Shown here: in pieces, positions 23,901 through 36,524 of the stretch
Numbering within the stretch: the stretch's first letter is position 1
How the letters are laid out: each line of letters opens with the position of its first letter
Source: Ostrea edulis
Taxonomy: Eukaryota
DNA: 64,000 bases
Reading direction: 5' to 3'
NCBI RefSeq assembly: GCF_947568905.1
Contig: NC_079164.1
Location: 25,606,001 to 25,670,000 of the forward strand
Position numbers and translations under genes: made by a program
The notes under the pieces: model-generated
Databases searched by the model: none
The model's input: only the letters and a program-made list of their open reading frames with translations
What the model was told of the DNA's origin: nothing

Positions 23901-26763
23901 TTTTAGAATCCACATTTGATTTACACCACATCGGGCATATGTAGTTGCACAGTACGTTTGAGTAGAATAAATATTGATAACATGAACCCATTTCAATCCG
24001 TAGTAGATTAAGTTAATCTTACTGAAAATCGTAGTCTGAACGCAATGCAGATTAAATATTGTGTGTTAAGTTTACTCATGTTATGCCAATCCCAGTTTGA
24101 ACCGCCCTAAGTAACACGATACGCATAATGCCCAGTGATTTTCTTGATTGAAAAGAAATGTCAATTTAAACCAGACACAGTTGATCAGTCCCCATACAAT
24201 TGTAGATGGATGGTCGTATAATCACTCATTACATCGAGTCATATGAAATGCAAAACATTTTGTATATGGCATTATTAAATATTTCAATCCGACTCCTGTG
24301 TAACGACCATGGGTGATTGTTTCTTTATGATAATTCAGACAATATCGTACATGTACCACATATCATCCGTCTACTGATTTGTTTATTTATCTAGAAGCTC
24401 AAGAGACGACAACAGTGCTGAGAAATAGTGCAGCGCCATTAAAACCATTAACGATGTTCAACGCTGTTATTATTGCATTAGCAGCCTCATTGGTTTTAGT
24501 GGTTACGCTGAGCATTTCCTGCATAGTTATTGTATTAAGGTAATTATAATTATCTATCATAATATCAGTTGTTGTGTCACAATATACCTGTTTATTGTAG
24601 TTAAACTTTTATCTCTCTTTTTATGCCCCCCCCCCTACTTGAAGATGCAGGGGCACATATTTTTGGTTTGTCTGTCTGTGTGTCTGCAAAACTTTAACAC
24701 TAGTCCTAACTTTTGAATAGATGCTAATATAGCTTTTATATGTTACATGTGTAATGTATTCCTGGTGACATAACCTTCTTTGATTATCAAAGGATTTGAC
24801 CTCGTGATCGTTTGACTTGCTTTTGAGTAATTTAGACCAAAGCCATAACTTTTAAATGTTTAGTAATATGTCTTTTATATTCCACATGTACTTTCTTTTG
24901 AAAAGACATTTCTTTAAGTAGCATTTTTTAATACCTCATGACCTTGACCTTTTACCTACTTTTGAAATGTTAACCTTGGTAATAGCTTTTGAACGGGTTG
25001 GGCTAAGGCTTTGCTATTTCACATGTGTCTTCTTTGTAATAATAGTTTTCATTTCTGAGTTTGTAATATTGACCTTGGGGTTTGACATACTTTTGAAAAA
25101 CTTTAACCTTGGCCCTTATCGACTACGTCGCAATTCGGGTGCATCAGTGTTTTACAAGCACAGATTGTTTCATTGTGTGATTGTATGACTGAAATTTAGG
25201 TTTAACAAAAGCCTTCAGAAATTTAAGATAATTATCGATTCATATGGAGGACAAGTTGTAAAAGTGACAAACATCAAATGTCAATGTATTTTTGAAAAGA
25301 CTCTAGGGATTTGAAATTTTGGGAAGGTCACCCAACAGGAAAATAAGATTTAGCAACGCATAGATACATTGTACATGTATTTATTTTCACTATATTTTTT
25401 AGTGCTGTAATAACAACGCATAAATATATGTATTTATTTTTACTGTATTTGTTTGTAGACGAAACTCGAAAAAGGGGACAAAAACAGCTACGAGTAAGTG
25501 CCCTAATGTTTTTATTATCGTTGAAATAACAGCGTGCCACTTCGCTTGATGGAGCGTGCAAATTTCAATCACTGATTGGTCATGTAGTTTCAGTAAAGTT
25601 AGCTTGGATGACCACGTTATGCCATTCTTTCAAAGAAGCCGCACCTAAACATTTGCAGGGTGATCAAACTGTCATGCTGTTACTGAAATGATTGCATTAT
25701 TGATATAAAACTCACTGCAGTCATTGTTACCATAAACTAATGGACAGTAAGATAAAACAAAATCTAGTATGGAATACGTAATGTCAATTGCCGCGAAATC
25801 AAAGAAGCAGTCTCGCAAATTCAGCTCTAAAAATTTTGAAACTTTCCAAACCCATTGATGACGAATATCATCAATAACATTAAAAGTCACCAACCTTTAT
25901 CTCTTTATGACGTCACAATCCTATTCTGTTGTATTATGACTAAATCATCTGCGGCTCTATTCTCTGTGTTTGGGATAGTGTGAATATGCTATATCATTCG
26001 CCAACTTCCGATTCAAATTTGCTGATAAGATAAAGAGCATATTATCAATTATGTAATAATCAACAAAACATTTTTAAATCTGTGACTGAGTAGATATCAT
26101 ATAGATTGTTGAAAATTCGCAATATGTACCTATTCATAACAAAGTCTTGCAATTCCGCCCCGTTTCTAAAAAAGACTCTAATATTTCTACAAATATGTAG
26201 ATGTGAGAATTTATGAAATTGCAAATTGATGGAATTGAAGTTATGCCATTCGCAAAATAAATCTTTAAAATGGATAAAGTTTTTGATTTTAAAAATAGAA
26301 CTTTGTAATACGGATTAATACTGTATATTTGTAAAATTATCATAACGATAGCTATATATCATGAATAAAGAGTGTCATCAATTCTAACTATCGTTTAGAA
26401 ACAAAGAACAGCGAGGAGATGTCTGAGACCGCGGAACAAAATCCAGATTTCCATTCGTACCTTACCATCAGCGAAAGATCATTTCGTCTGTATGCCGATG
26501 TTCATTATGACGAAGCGGAGGAGAGGAAGAGCTTAACATCAGTATCACTACACAGCAAAGGATACGATACCAGCATCAGTGATAAAAGTGGAGGATCCGG
26601 TTATTATCTAACACCGACAGTAAAGACTGCCAAAAAAGACACAAACGGTAGTCAGTCATCTGTAACACCGACAGTAAAGACTGCCCAAAAAGATGCAACC
26701 GGTAGTCAGTCATCTGGCGATTATGACGATACCATCACAAATTGTTCAGAAACCTGTATCTGA
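20945..26763 (+). CDS. Gene C: single-pass EGF-like receptor, ectodomain class I + Ser-rich stalk + tail class Y (300 aa, intact)
   Basis: Exons 20945-21021 (signal MLGFVFITILLKLVHPAEG-DCHVNNW), 21308-21357 (PLSCEANFKVGPDKCE), 21466-21696 (CEAGKYGCNCSQDCTVNTYGLNCYLKCNCSVDELCDPAVGC plus poly-Ser), 24395-24539 (TM AVIIALAASLVLVVTLSISCIVIVL), 25459-25493 (RNSKKGTKTAT), 26399-26763 (tail, TGA). All GT-AG; 903 nt. Confidence 0.88.
21925..22335 (-). mobile_element. Penelope-like RT fragment in gene C intron 3
   Basis: ORF 21946-22260: AVAFNLTFRYIDDELSINN..YDKRDDFNVSIVNFPYLCSNIPLSPAYGVYISQLI. Confidence 0.85.
22340..23537 (+). mobile_element. L1/Tx1-like LINE 3' fragment (zf-RVT-type C-terminus, 3' UTR, A-rich tail)
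   Basis: KLIDFQYRSMCYIATNSFLHKLKLVDNDLCSFCKSERETVTNIFYDCAYVSAFW (C-x2-C-x7-N-x4-C); AATAAAACATTAAAAAAA at ~23520-23537. Confidence 0.75.
23538..23985 (-). mobile_element. Penelope-like RT fragment
   Basis: YCATTYARCGVNQMWILK..YDFSTLYTTIPRDKLK..GNPLGTNCAP. Confidence 0.85.
24619..25170 (+). mobile_element. HINE-like (Helentron non-autonomous) element in gene C intron 4
   Basis: TTTTATGCCCCC...GGGGCACATAT hairpin, (GTCT)n, ~130-150-bp subrepeats (GACCTT..ACTTTTGAAA), end GCATCAGTGTTTTACAAGCACAGATTGTTT. Confidence 0.7.
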
Positions 26764-26864
26764 CGATTAAATACAGATTGCTATCAGGGAAACATAAGGC
26801 ATGTTTGATGTAATTAAAGCATGAGATGTCTCTTTTAACTTTTACCGTTAATTCCCAGCTCTTT

Positions 26865-27140
26865 CCCTGTCTACATTTTACAGAATTTGGGAAATGCTTA
26901 TTTTAAACGAGACTGTTGAACCAATGCATTGTAACATCAAACTATTTGTCGTTAGTCTACCTCGATTTAAAACATAACATGTTCATAAGCATCGAATCAG
27001 TTGAGAGACATAAACACCATATGTAGGTGATGATGGAATATTGTTATATAAAGATGGTAGGTTGACGATGGAGAAGCTGAAATCATCCCCTTTACCATAA
27101 AATTGAGTTGTTAGTTTACTGTCAATATCCATGTTCAACA
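26865..27140 (-). mobile_element. Penelope-like RT fragment
   Basis: LTTQFYGKGDDFSFSIVNLPSLYNNIPSSPTYGVYVSQLIR. Confidence 0.8.
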
Positions 27141-28104
27141 ACCTAATTTTGATGCAATTCATCAAATCGGTCACTAAGAATTTAAGATATTCTAAACTAG
27201 TTCCATGAAACACGAAAAATGTAAGATGAAATATTTTAAACAAAATCAAGAAACAATTCAATTTGAGTACTCACTTTATAAAGCATTAACTACTATACGT
27301 GTAACGTGTGTTCAGCAGAGGGTCGATATTTATCAGTGGACACGTACCTGGTTACACCAAGGATTTTGCAGTACATATATTTTACAAAAATGTTTGTTGT
27401 CTACTATAACCAAGTGACGTAGGTTTTAATATTAAATTTATTAAGAACTAAAGGCAATGGCAGATCTGAAATTAACAAATCACACACCACATTACACATG
27501 CAACAAAATATACAATTCCATAAATTCATATTCGTATTTCCCTTTAAAGAAGTCAAAATATTCCAATGAAATGTACATGATCGACTTTATTACTTTACTT
27601 CAAAAAGTAACAAACTTTATAGTCCTTGATAAAAAAACCCGGCCATTTCATAGTAGAGAAATATACTGATAAAAAATAGTTCAACGTACATAATTATCAA
27701 TCAGTTAATAATAAACATTTCAAATCTATACCTTACGGTGTGGCACGGGCAGCTACATGTATAGGTCTACTCCCTCTAAAACAAATTTCCCGCACTGATG
27801 AAAATAGCCCGCGAAACTTATTTATAGAAGAAAAAGTGATTAAACTGGTTTTAGCTAGAGTGAGTGAATTCCTACAAACAACCTGGCCAATAGAATGTTG
27901 TGAATAAATTTCATTCAATTAATATAGCACAGCTTAGTATTGAAAAATGTAGAAAATTCAATTAGATATAAAGATCACCCTGCCACACTACTAAGCAAGA
28001 AATGAATTTATTCAATACATTTACGATGATTAATCAACATGGATTTAATTTAACATAATCCTTCAATTCCTTCAATCCAAAGTCCTGAGACAATGGGCTT
28101 TTAC

Positions 28105-29490
28105 CATCGGTGTCTGATTCTTTCTAAACTTTAAAACTCACTTGAGTGTTTACACTACGTTTATCAACGCAATGCCCCCCCCCCCCCCCCCCAACGTGTA
28201 AGGCGTCGCCTGACGACAGAACAACTGGGCAGATGTATTGGAATGCTTGACGCTGGTTATTCACAACGTGACGTTACAAATGCACTAAACGTCAGTCAGA
28301 GCGTTGTAAACATGGCCTGGAACCAACAGCAGACTTTTGGTACAGCAGCACACCGACATGGGGGTGGTCATCAGAGGTCGACAACCCAACGCCTAGACCA
28401 TTTTGTGCCTCTTCAGGCACGACGCCATCCCTTCAGGACAGCAACCAGCTTACGTAACGACCTCCTGAACGCCTCGGGGGTGAATGTGTCCACTCAGACG
28501 ATACGGAATCGGCTTCACAATGCAGGTCTCAACTCGAGAAGGGCACCTGTTCGAGTCCCTCTGACTGTTCGACACCGGCGGGAGCGATTGGACTGGGCTG
28601 AAGATCATGTCACTTGGACACAGAACGATTGGGTTCAAGTTCTGTTCACTGATGAGTCTAGGTATTGTTTGGACTTTACAGACAGGATGCACCGAGTGTG
28701 GCGACGACAACGTGAATGTTTCCATGATGCCAACATCAGTGAACATGACCGTTATGGTGGTGGTTCCATCATGGTCTGGGGTGGAATCAGCAGGGACGGA
28801 AGAACAGATCTTCATGTCCCGGAGAGAGGAACAATGCCGGGGGTGCGGTACCGGGATGAGATCTTAGATGTTTACGTCAGACCCTACGCTGGTGATGTTG
28901 GCCCTGAGTTCATCCTGATGGATGATAACGCCCGTCCTCATCGCACCAGGATGGTGGAGCAGTACCTTCAGCAGGAGACAATTGTCCGTATGGACTGTCC
29001 AGCGCGCTCGCCGGACTTGAACCCGATTGAGTATGGATGGAACATGCTGCAGGTTGCCCTTTCACGACGTAAAACACAACCCACGACTTTGGCAGAGCTC
29101 GGAAACGCCCTCGTGGAAGAGTGGAACAACCTTTCCATTGGAAACATCCGGGTGCTTATTGACACCATGGCTCGACGTTGTCAAGCCGTCATTGATGCAA
29201 GGGGAGGCCATACCCGGTATTGACACTTCATCGACTAAGTGTAATGATGAACTATCCCCAAAAACTGTGTAATTCTTTCTCTGGTTTGCTGTTAACTTTT
29301 TGTAATGAAATGCCTTTTGGTGTTGTTATCAGATTTCAAGCATTCCGTATTGATAAAAGTTCATGCCGTTCATGGATTTTCATTCATAACCTGAGTAAAC
29401 ACGTTTCTGAGTCAAATTTATGTCTTTTGTTATGTTAGTGGTAAATTACACACATATAACCTAGTGATTCTTATCAAATTTTGAGAAGTA
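28105..29490 (+). mobile_element. Tc1 (DD34E) transposon, 5'-truncated; transposase ORF 28243-29223 (true start 28172 frameshifted by a C18 run)
   Basis: VLFTDESRY, FILMDDNARPH, SPDLNPIE. Right TIR TGATTCTTATCAAATTTTGAGAAGTA followed by TA; left TIR absent. Confidence 0.92.
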
Positions 29491-30519
29491 TATTATAAAA
29501 ATGACAACTGCCTCATCATGTCTATTGAGGAAGTTTAGAAAATACATATGAAAAATACGGACGTTTTCTAAGTCTGTCTATGAATAAGATGCCAGACACG
29601 GGAAGCAAACATGGTTATCAAACATGATTGGATGAAGTTTAAAAAGTGAAACATTATTTATTCTCAAATCATATAACAACATCATGTGTATGTGAAAATT
29701 CTATTAGTTTTACACAAGATATTTTATTATCAAAATGCAGTTAAGCCCTCTTGTTCTCATCAGGACGAAATGGGGACTTAAAAGCGACCAACATATTTTT
29801 TCCACGCCCCTCTAAATTGAAATCCACAATTCACCCTTGCTCATTGGAAAATTTGCATTGAAAATGCTTAAATTCACCATCATGATGGTAAGCAGATTGA
29901 GTAAATGAATATTATTAGATTTTGAGTTTCAATAGATTGCAGAACAAAACTTGCTTCAGAAATGTGCTGAATGTGTCATTGAATGAAATGGCAAGACATA
30001 CCCTGTATCTATATCACATGATGTTGGCAATATTACTCGCTGGACTAGCTATACTGCGGATGTTTGCAACCCTGATTTGCACGTCGCGGATCTTAAGCAA
30101 AGCAATAACCGAATATACATGTATATAAATATTTGCGGCTGTAGCATATTGAAACCAACATAAATTATTCTAATCAATTCATTTATTTACTTACATTGTG
30201 ATATCTGGAATGTTATAATGAGATGCTTCTATATTTTATACACTGTCATTCCGGGGAGTACTTGTTGTACAAGCTACGTATAAAATCGTTAATTCATAAT
30301 ATTTATTTAATAATGAATAAAAATGAAACGTATTAATTGAAATAATAAAGAGTTACATGTATATTTATATATATCTCTAGAAATCTTTAATCAGAACTTT
30401 TATGGTATATCAGTGTGTACAATTTTACCAAAACAACAGGGGATCGTAAGATAATACAAAACTGGAGGAAATTGCTAATATCTGCTATATATGTCTCTGG
30501 TCAGCTGGAACGAATACAA

Positions 30520-31455
30520 ATTCTTCGTGTAACCTATTTTGTTCCTTTATTACCTTTGGTTTACTAATCCCAGAACGATAAATGGTATGTACTTTGTTTT
30601 GATGTGTCTCAGAGATTTCAATATTTGTCTTGAATCCATTCTGACAAGGAGCTAAGCTCTTCTTTTTCTATTTACCTTATCGTCTGGCATTATCTTCGAT
30701 ATAATTCATACCAGAGATGAAGTTCTGTTGTGAACAGAAAATTCGGAGCTATGAAATATGAAGATTTAAGACCTTTTAAACCAAGTGAATTCAGTTCTTC
30801 GTTTTCAACTATGTCGATATCACCAGTAATGACATATCCAGCTAAAATAACGTTGAAAGAAGAACAAGAACATGTAGATGGATTACGTTTAAGATTATCT
30901 TAAGTTTGTAATTAAAAAGTTTGGATGCGATAATAGAAGTATATTTACAGGACATAAATTTTGAAATGATACAACACATGACTGATTTTTATTATGACGA
31001 AGAATCTTCTTTATGCTAAAGGCATATATAACGTTGTTATAACTTTGAAGCTTAAGGAAATGACGATATTATTCGGAAGAATATTCATTTTGTAACCTGC
31101 AATGATTTAAAGAGTTGATAATGGACAACATCTATAATCTTAGAATTCCAATCTGTATTCTAGTGTTGAAAAATCCAAGTATGGACTAGTTTTGGCTTCC
31201 TGAAATAACGTAATCAAGACATTCAATGGAACAGAGTAACCTTTTCTGCGAATATGACGTGGACCTAATTGTTTCTTGACAAAAGGTAAAAGTAAATCAA
31301 GTGATACTTTGTGTATACGTGGACTTTTGTATGAACGAACTTCATGACTATGGCTTTGTGTACATCGACGAATCACATTTACGTTATCTGCATTTAGACT
31401 AGTCAGATTCCCAACATTATCTACGTTGAAAGAATTCTTTCTTCTCGTATGGAAG
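30520..31455 (-). mobile_element. Penelope-like ORF N-terminal region, degenerate
   Basis: Minus frames give CSCSSFNVILAGYVITGDIDIVENEELNSLGLKGLK and EKEELSSLSEWI, resembling the pre-RT region of this PLE family. Absent from unit 2. Confidence 0.55.
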
Positions 31456-32376
31456 GTTTATGATATAATAATCATATAGTTTGTCACACCTCTCGTAATC
31501 AAACATTTGTGGATCAGATTAGTCACTGTGGCATATAGAATACATAGCCTGTGTGACAGTTCATAAGTATGCCCAGCATTTAGACCATCATGATAGTGGA
31601 TGACTGAACGTGCCGTTATGTAAGCATTAAATGTTTTAAAATCAGAAATAGATGACAATAAATGATTTGATAGAGCAGCAACTTACATGTACGATTTTCA
31701 TCCACCACTTCAGAACTACGATATCCGCTATGTACCTAAACCATACACTGGGTCATTGTCTACAATATACCAGGACTTCTGAATTGATTTTATCATAAAT
31801 TTACAGCCCGGATTTACCTCCCGTGGATTTGATGAAGTTTTCAGTTGACGTGGTAGAAGATCTGGTGAAAACCAAATTCAAATTGATCAACTTGCTGAAA
31901 CTTCTTCTGAAAATGCATGTATGTTGTGTACATCGTCTAATCAAAAATAGCTATATTGTATTAACAGCATGTATACATGTACGTACATGGTAGGTGTCTT
32001 GAAATATATGGAATATTTGGACTATTGAAAGAAAATATGATAGCGAACGACATTTGACAAGCCCTGTTCGTGTTTTCGACGGGAGATCATATATTAATTA
32101 TCTTTCAATACAGTTACAATCAATTGAGTTTATTGTAGATCACAATATCAAGTTAATGCAGTAAGGGAATATATTATAAACAATGGAAGCACGGGTTTCG
32201 TGTAAGATAAGATAATACAAGTTACAGATACCCGATACTTCCATTTTTCTAACTGACAACAAATGTATAACCTCGACTCATGGTAGCATACGAGAGCAAT
32301 AATTTCCAGAGGAGCGATGGAGTTCTGGTGATGTCTGTCGATAAGTGTCTGATAGGCTTTGATTTCAAATTGAATT

Positions 32377-33550
32377 TAAAGACTCCCTGATTGCACACTG
32401 GAAAGCAGTGCTTTGCCGTTGTGGAGGATCCAATACACTGACTTAGGATCTAGTAAATTGTCCCTGTGTGTAAGTATTGTACATATTGTGGTTACCATAT
32501 GATAATGCTCAAACTAATTCAGCAACCCAAGTACTGTACTCAGTACCTGAAGGATGTCATACACTGACCAATAATCTAGTAGATTGTCCCTATGTAAGTA
32601 CTTACAGTGGTTACTATATACTGTATTCAGACTAAGTCAGCAACCAAAACATTGTACTCAGCACCTGTAGGATAGAGAAGAATGAAAACATGATTTTTTA
32701 TTAATATTCATAGAACTTCGTCTTGAATTTAACTGCAGAATTGGCAGTCTGTAGCTAAACGGTCAAATATTTTGGAATGGGTGAACTAGATATTAAATTG
32801 CCACCAAATCGATGCGTATATATTAGCTGCAATAATGTAGCCCTTTCCGATTTTGGTTGTTTGTTTGTTTGTTTTTGTTTGTTTTGTTTTGTTTTTTTGT
32901 TTTTTGGGAATGGAGGCAAGAACTTAGGATCTTCGTAATGGTGCAGATGCAGGAGTGATCATAAAGACTCCCTGATTGCACACTGGAAAGCAGTGCTTTG
33001 CCGTTGTGGAGGATCCAGTACACTGACTTAGGATCTAGTAAATTGTCCCTGTGTGTAAGTATTGTACGTATTGTAGTTACCATATGATAATGCTCAAACT
33101 AAGTCAGCAACCCAAGTACTGTACATAGTACCTGAAGGATCTCATACACTGACCAATAATCTAGTAGATTGTCCCTATGTAAGTACTTACAGTGGTTACT
33201 ATATACTGTATTCAGACTAAGTCAGCAACCAAACCATTGTACTCAGCACCTGTAGGATAGAGAAGAATGAAAACATGATTTTTATTAATATTCATAGAAC
33301 TTCGTCTTGAATTTAACTGCAGAATTGGCAGTTTGTAGCTAAACGGTCAAATATTTTGGAATGGGTGAACTAGATATTAAATTGCCACCAAATCGATGCG
33401 TATATATTAGCTGCAATAATGTAGCCCTTTCCGATTTTGGTTGTTTGTTTGTTTGTTTTTGTTTGTTTTGTTTTGTTTTTTTGTTTTTTGGGAATGGAGG
33501 CAAGAACTTAGGATCTTCGTAATGGTGCAGATGCAGGAGTGATCATAAAG
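32377..33550 (+). repeat. ~585-bp direct tandem duplication containing ~120-bp subrepeats
   Basis: 32377-32961 repeated at 32962-33546 with TAAAG at the junctions; single copy in unit 2 (~52452-53040). Confidence 0.9.
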
Positions 33551-34639
33551 TGATTCACCCCCGCAACATTTTCGATCATTCTAAACATTTTCTGACTTTC
33601 TTTACGTAGATAAAATGATATTCTATGTTTCTTAGTCCATATATAAATTTACAACCTGCACATTACAATTTGTGAGGTTCTATTCTACCTTTTTAACAAT
33701 TCAGACATATTCCAATTTCTCGATTAATTCATACTATGCGCCATGTTTGAGCTGAACTTCCGGTTGTCAAGTTACATGTAATTGCATATTCCGATATAAG
33801 ATCATATAAGATAGTGTTTTACTTCATGGATGAGTACGGAGGAGAAAACTATTTTGTCGGTATTGAAAGGGTTCAGATTTGAAATCAAGTTAAAAACGAA
33901 CAGCAGATTGTAATTTTTTTTTCTGCCACCGTATGGTTTTCTTTATTTTGTCGGAATGGCTGAAGTAACTACATTTTCGAGCTGATTGTCAATGTTTAGG
34001 TTTTTCAGTAGATCCACCTATGAGATCTCTTGATAATAGACGAAGAATTTTACATGCTGTACATGATATTTATTTAAAAACACCTTTATTAGACGTGGCC
34101 AAGCACTGAGTTGGTACTCATTTTAGTGTAAACATTGGAGACAAGTATTCGGAGCTTATTATCGGTCATTCATAAAAATATTTTGCACCATTACGATCAT
34201 TCTATGACATTGTAGCCCCCTCCCGAAAACGTCAGAATAAAGAATAGGAGAGGACAACATTATTGCAGTTAGATAGATATGTATTAAAGTGACACCAAAA
34301 TATCATAATAAGGAAAAACAATTTGAGATATACTCAATTACACTTTGATTTCTAACCCAGCGTTTTCATCATTTTTGTATTATCATAAATCAATTATAAA
34401 ATATCTTAAAATGAATAAGAAATTTTACGTAACGTTTTCTTATTTAACAGTATATTATATATAAATCAGGAAATTGTTGTGTAAGAGGTATAACAATAGT
34501 GAAAATATCAGCATAATAATTTCGTAAAAAGCAAAAACCCATGGTGTCACCTTAATGACTATGATGCAGGGCGGCCTAGTGGATCCTCCCTACCAATACA
34601 AACAATCTAACCCTTAAACAAATAACAACTAAATAAATA

Positions 34640-35135
34640 ATTGCCAGAAGAGTGACGAGAGTTGTGTTGGTTCCTGTTCATGTGTATCTGATAGGCAAAT
34701 TTTATGGTCGTTATGGTCGTTGTAACGATCTGATTTACCAATACAGATTGTCATTGGGTAAAATGCTGTCTGGCCAATTGAGGTCGTTCTTTGCATACTG
34801 ATTACGAACAATGATCAATCTCATAATTTCCATAAAGAATACGCAATTAAGAGTACGACAAAGCACAAACACCTGGACAAATCCCAGAGGTGGGATAAGG
34901 CGTCTAGTAGAAGTAAGCATTTCCTGTTGACCGGTCACACCCGCCATGAGCTCTCTATCTTGATCAGGTAAACTGAACTGAATAATTAAGGAAGGTGAAG
35001 ATAACGAATAGTTATCAACCTCATAACTCCTATAAGCAATACAAAATAGAGAGTTGGGCTAGCACGGACCCCTGGATATACCAGAGATGGGTGCCTAGGA
35101 GTAAACATCCCCTGTTGATCGCCCACTTCCGCTGT
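34640..35135 (-). mobile_element. Two Penelope-like 3' end fragments
   Basis: Reverse complement of the family 3' UTR at ~34700-34960 and ~34990-35135. Confidence 0.75.
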
Positions 35136-36524
35136 GAGCACTATGTTTTCATCGGATAAACGGAGTATTTTTTCATTGATGGAAGTACATTATGTGTACC
35201 ACGAACCCCCCCCCCCCCCGAAAACTGTATCATTGCGGATAGTGTATGTAGCTAAGTTTCCTGGAGGGTTGTCACAGCTTCCAAAGGTGGATATAAGAGA
35301 GTGTTGTAAAGGGTAATGCAAGTTTTGAAGGTGAATTGCTAAGACATTGCTTTTGATGGTCATTGCAGTGCCTGTTTTAAATTCGTACGGAAACTTCGTT
35401 CCCATGTCCACTCATGAACGTAATATGCCGGAGTTCGAAACCGTCGTCGTTAGAGGTTTGAATATTGCAGTCGCTCTGAGGCAGTGTTCGATGTATTTTG
35501 AGAACCAGAATTTCTAGAAATGTCAGAACCGCTACGGTTCAAATGACAGACATTACCGTGAACCACACATTCTCTTGTTGTGGAGACACCAGTGCAGCTT
35601 TTAAACAGTGATTCGTGTCTGTGACATGACGAAGTTGTCGCAGGGTGTAAACTGGACAATTGTCATCCCCGGCTGAGTACATCTGACTATCAGAATTGCA
35701 GAAGCAGACGTGTGCTATTTCTGTTTCTATTTTCAAATAGTCATTTTATTTTATTTTGCATAATTATTTGCTTACTTATTATTTATATTCGATATTTGTT
35801 TGTTTCTGTTGAATAAATTTATTTAGAGCGATAGAATTGTTAAGTTTTTCTGTATTCAACTGTATGTAATAAGACACTTATAAGAACCTTTTAGTATCCA
35901 AGATATACTCTTCAAAAATTAAAAACAAAAGACAATCTCTTTAAAACGTAGACATTTTCACCATATAGATAAAGGAACAGCAAGTTGCATGTCATTGATA
36001 GATGAGATTAGATTAAATCTATTATGAGTAAACTCAGGGCATTTGAAGAAAAATTGACAAGCATTTTCAGTATGGTGGCAACAAATGGAATTATCTCGTA
36101 AGAAGTGACCTTTATGATCTGCATTTAGATTGCTTGCATTGTTTCTATGTTGACAATAGAAAATAGTTCCTTTGCGTTTACCAGAATCAAAAAGTTTACT
36201 AGATTGTAAGCAATATAATTTTTAAAGCAGTTTTAAATGATGAAAGTGATATACATGCATCTTCGTATTGTAATTGATGTGTGCAGGCTGATATATAAAC
36301 TTCCCGTTAAATTATTCACATCATTATTAAATATGGTTTTATTTCTGAATGTTGTTGATGCAGGAAATTCCGGAAAATTGCAATTAAAATGCATAATGCT
36401 AAGAGTACAATATCTATGATGAAACCCATTTGAATTTGAATATAAACATGTAAATTTGAATGTAAAACCTTTCGAGATCTTGCTATAGCTTACATATAAT
36501 GTTTGACATATAGAAACAATAGTT

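Noticed and set aside
36237-36419. Hydrophobic ORF (KLFTSLLNMVLFLNVVDAG) as the signal-peptide exon of D, with equivalents before B and E
   Set aside because: No splice donor follows it and it ends in a stop. The downstream ATG exon ending GG|GTAAGT fits phase and Cys spacing. Its conservation is explained by promoter paralogy.
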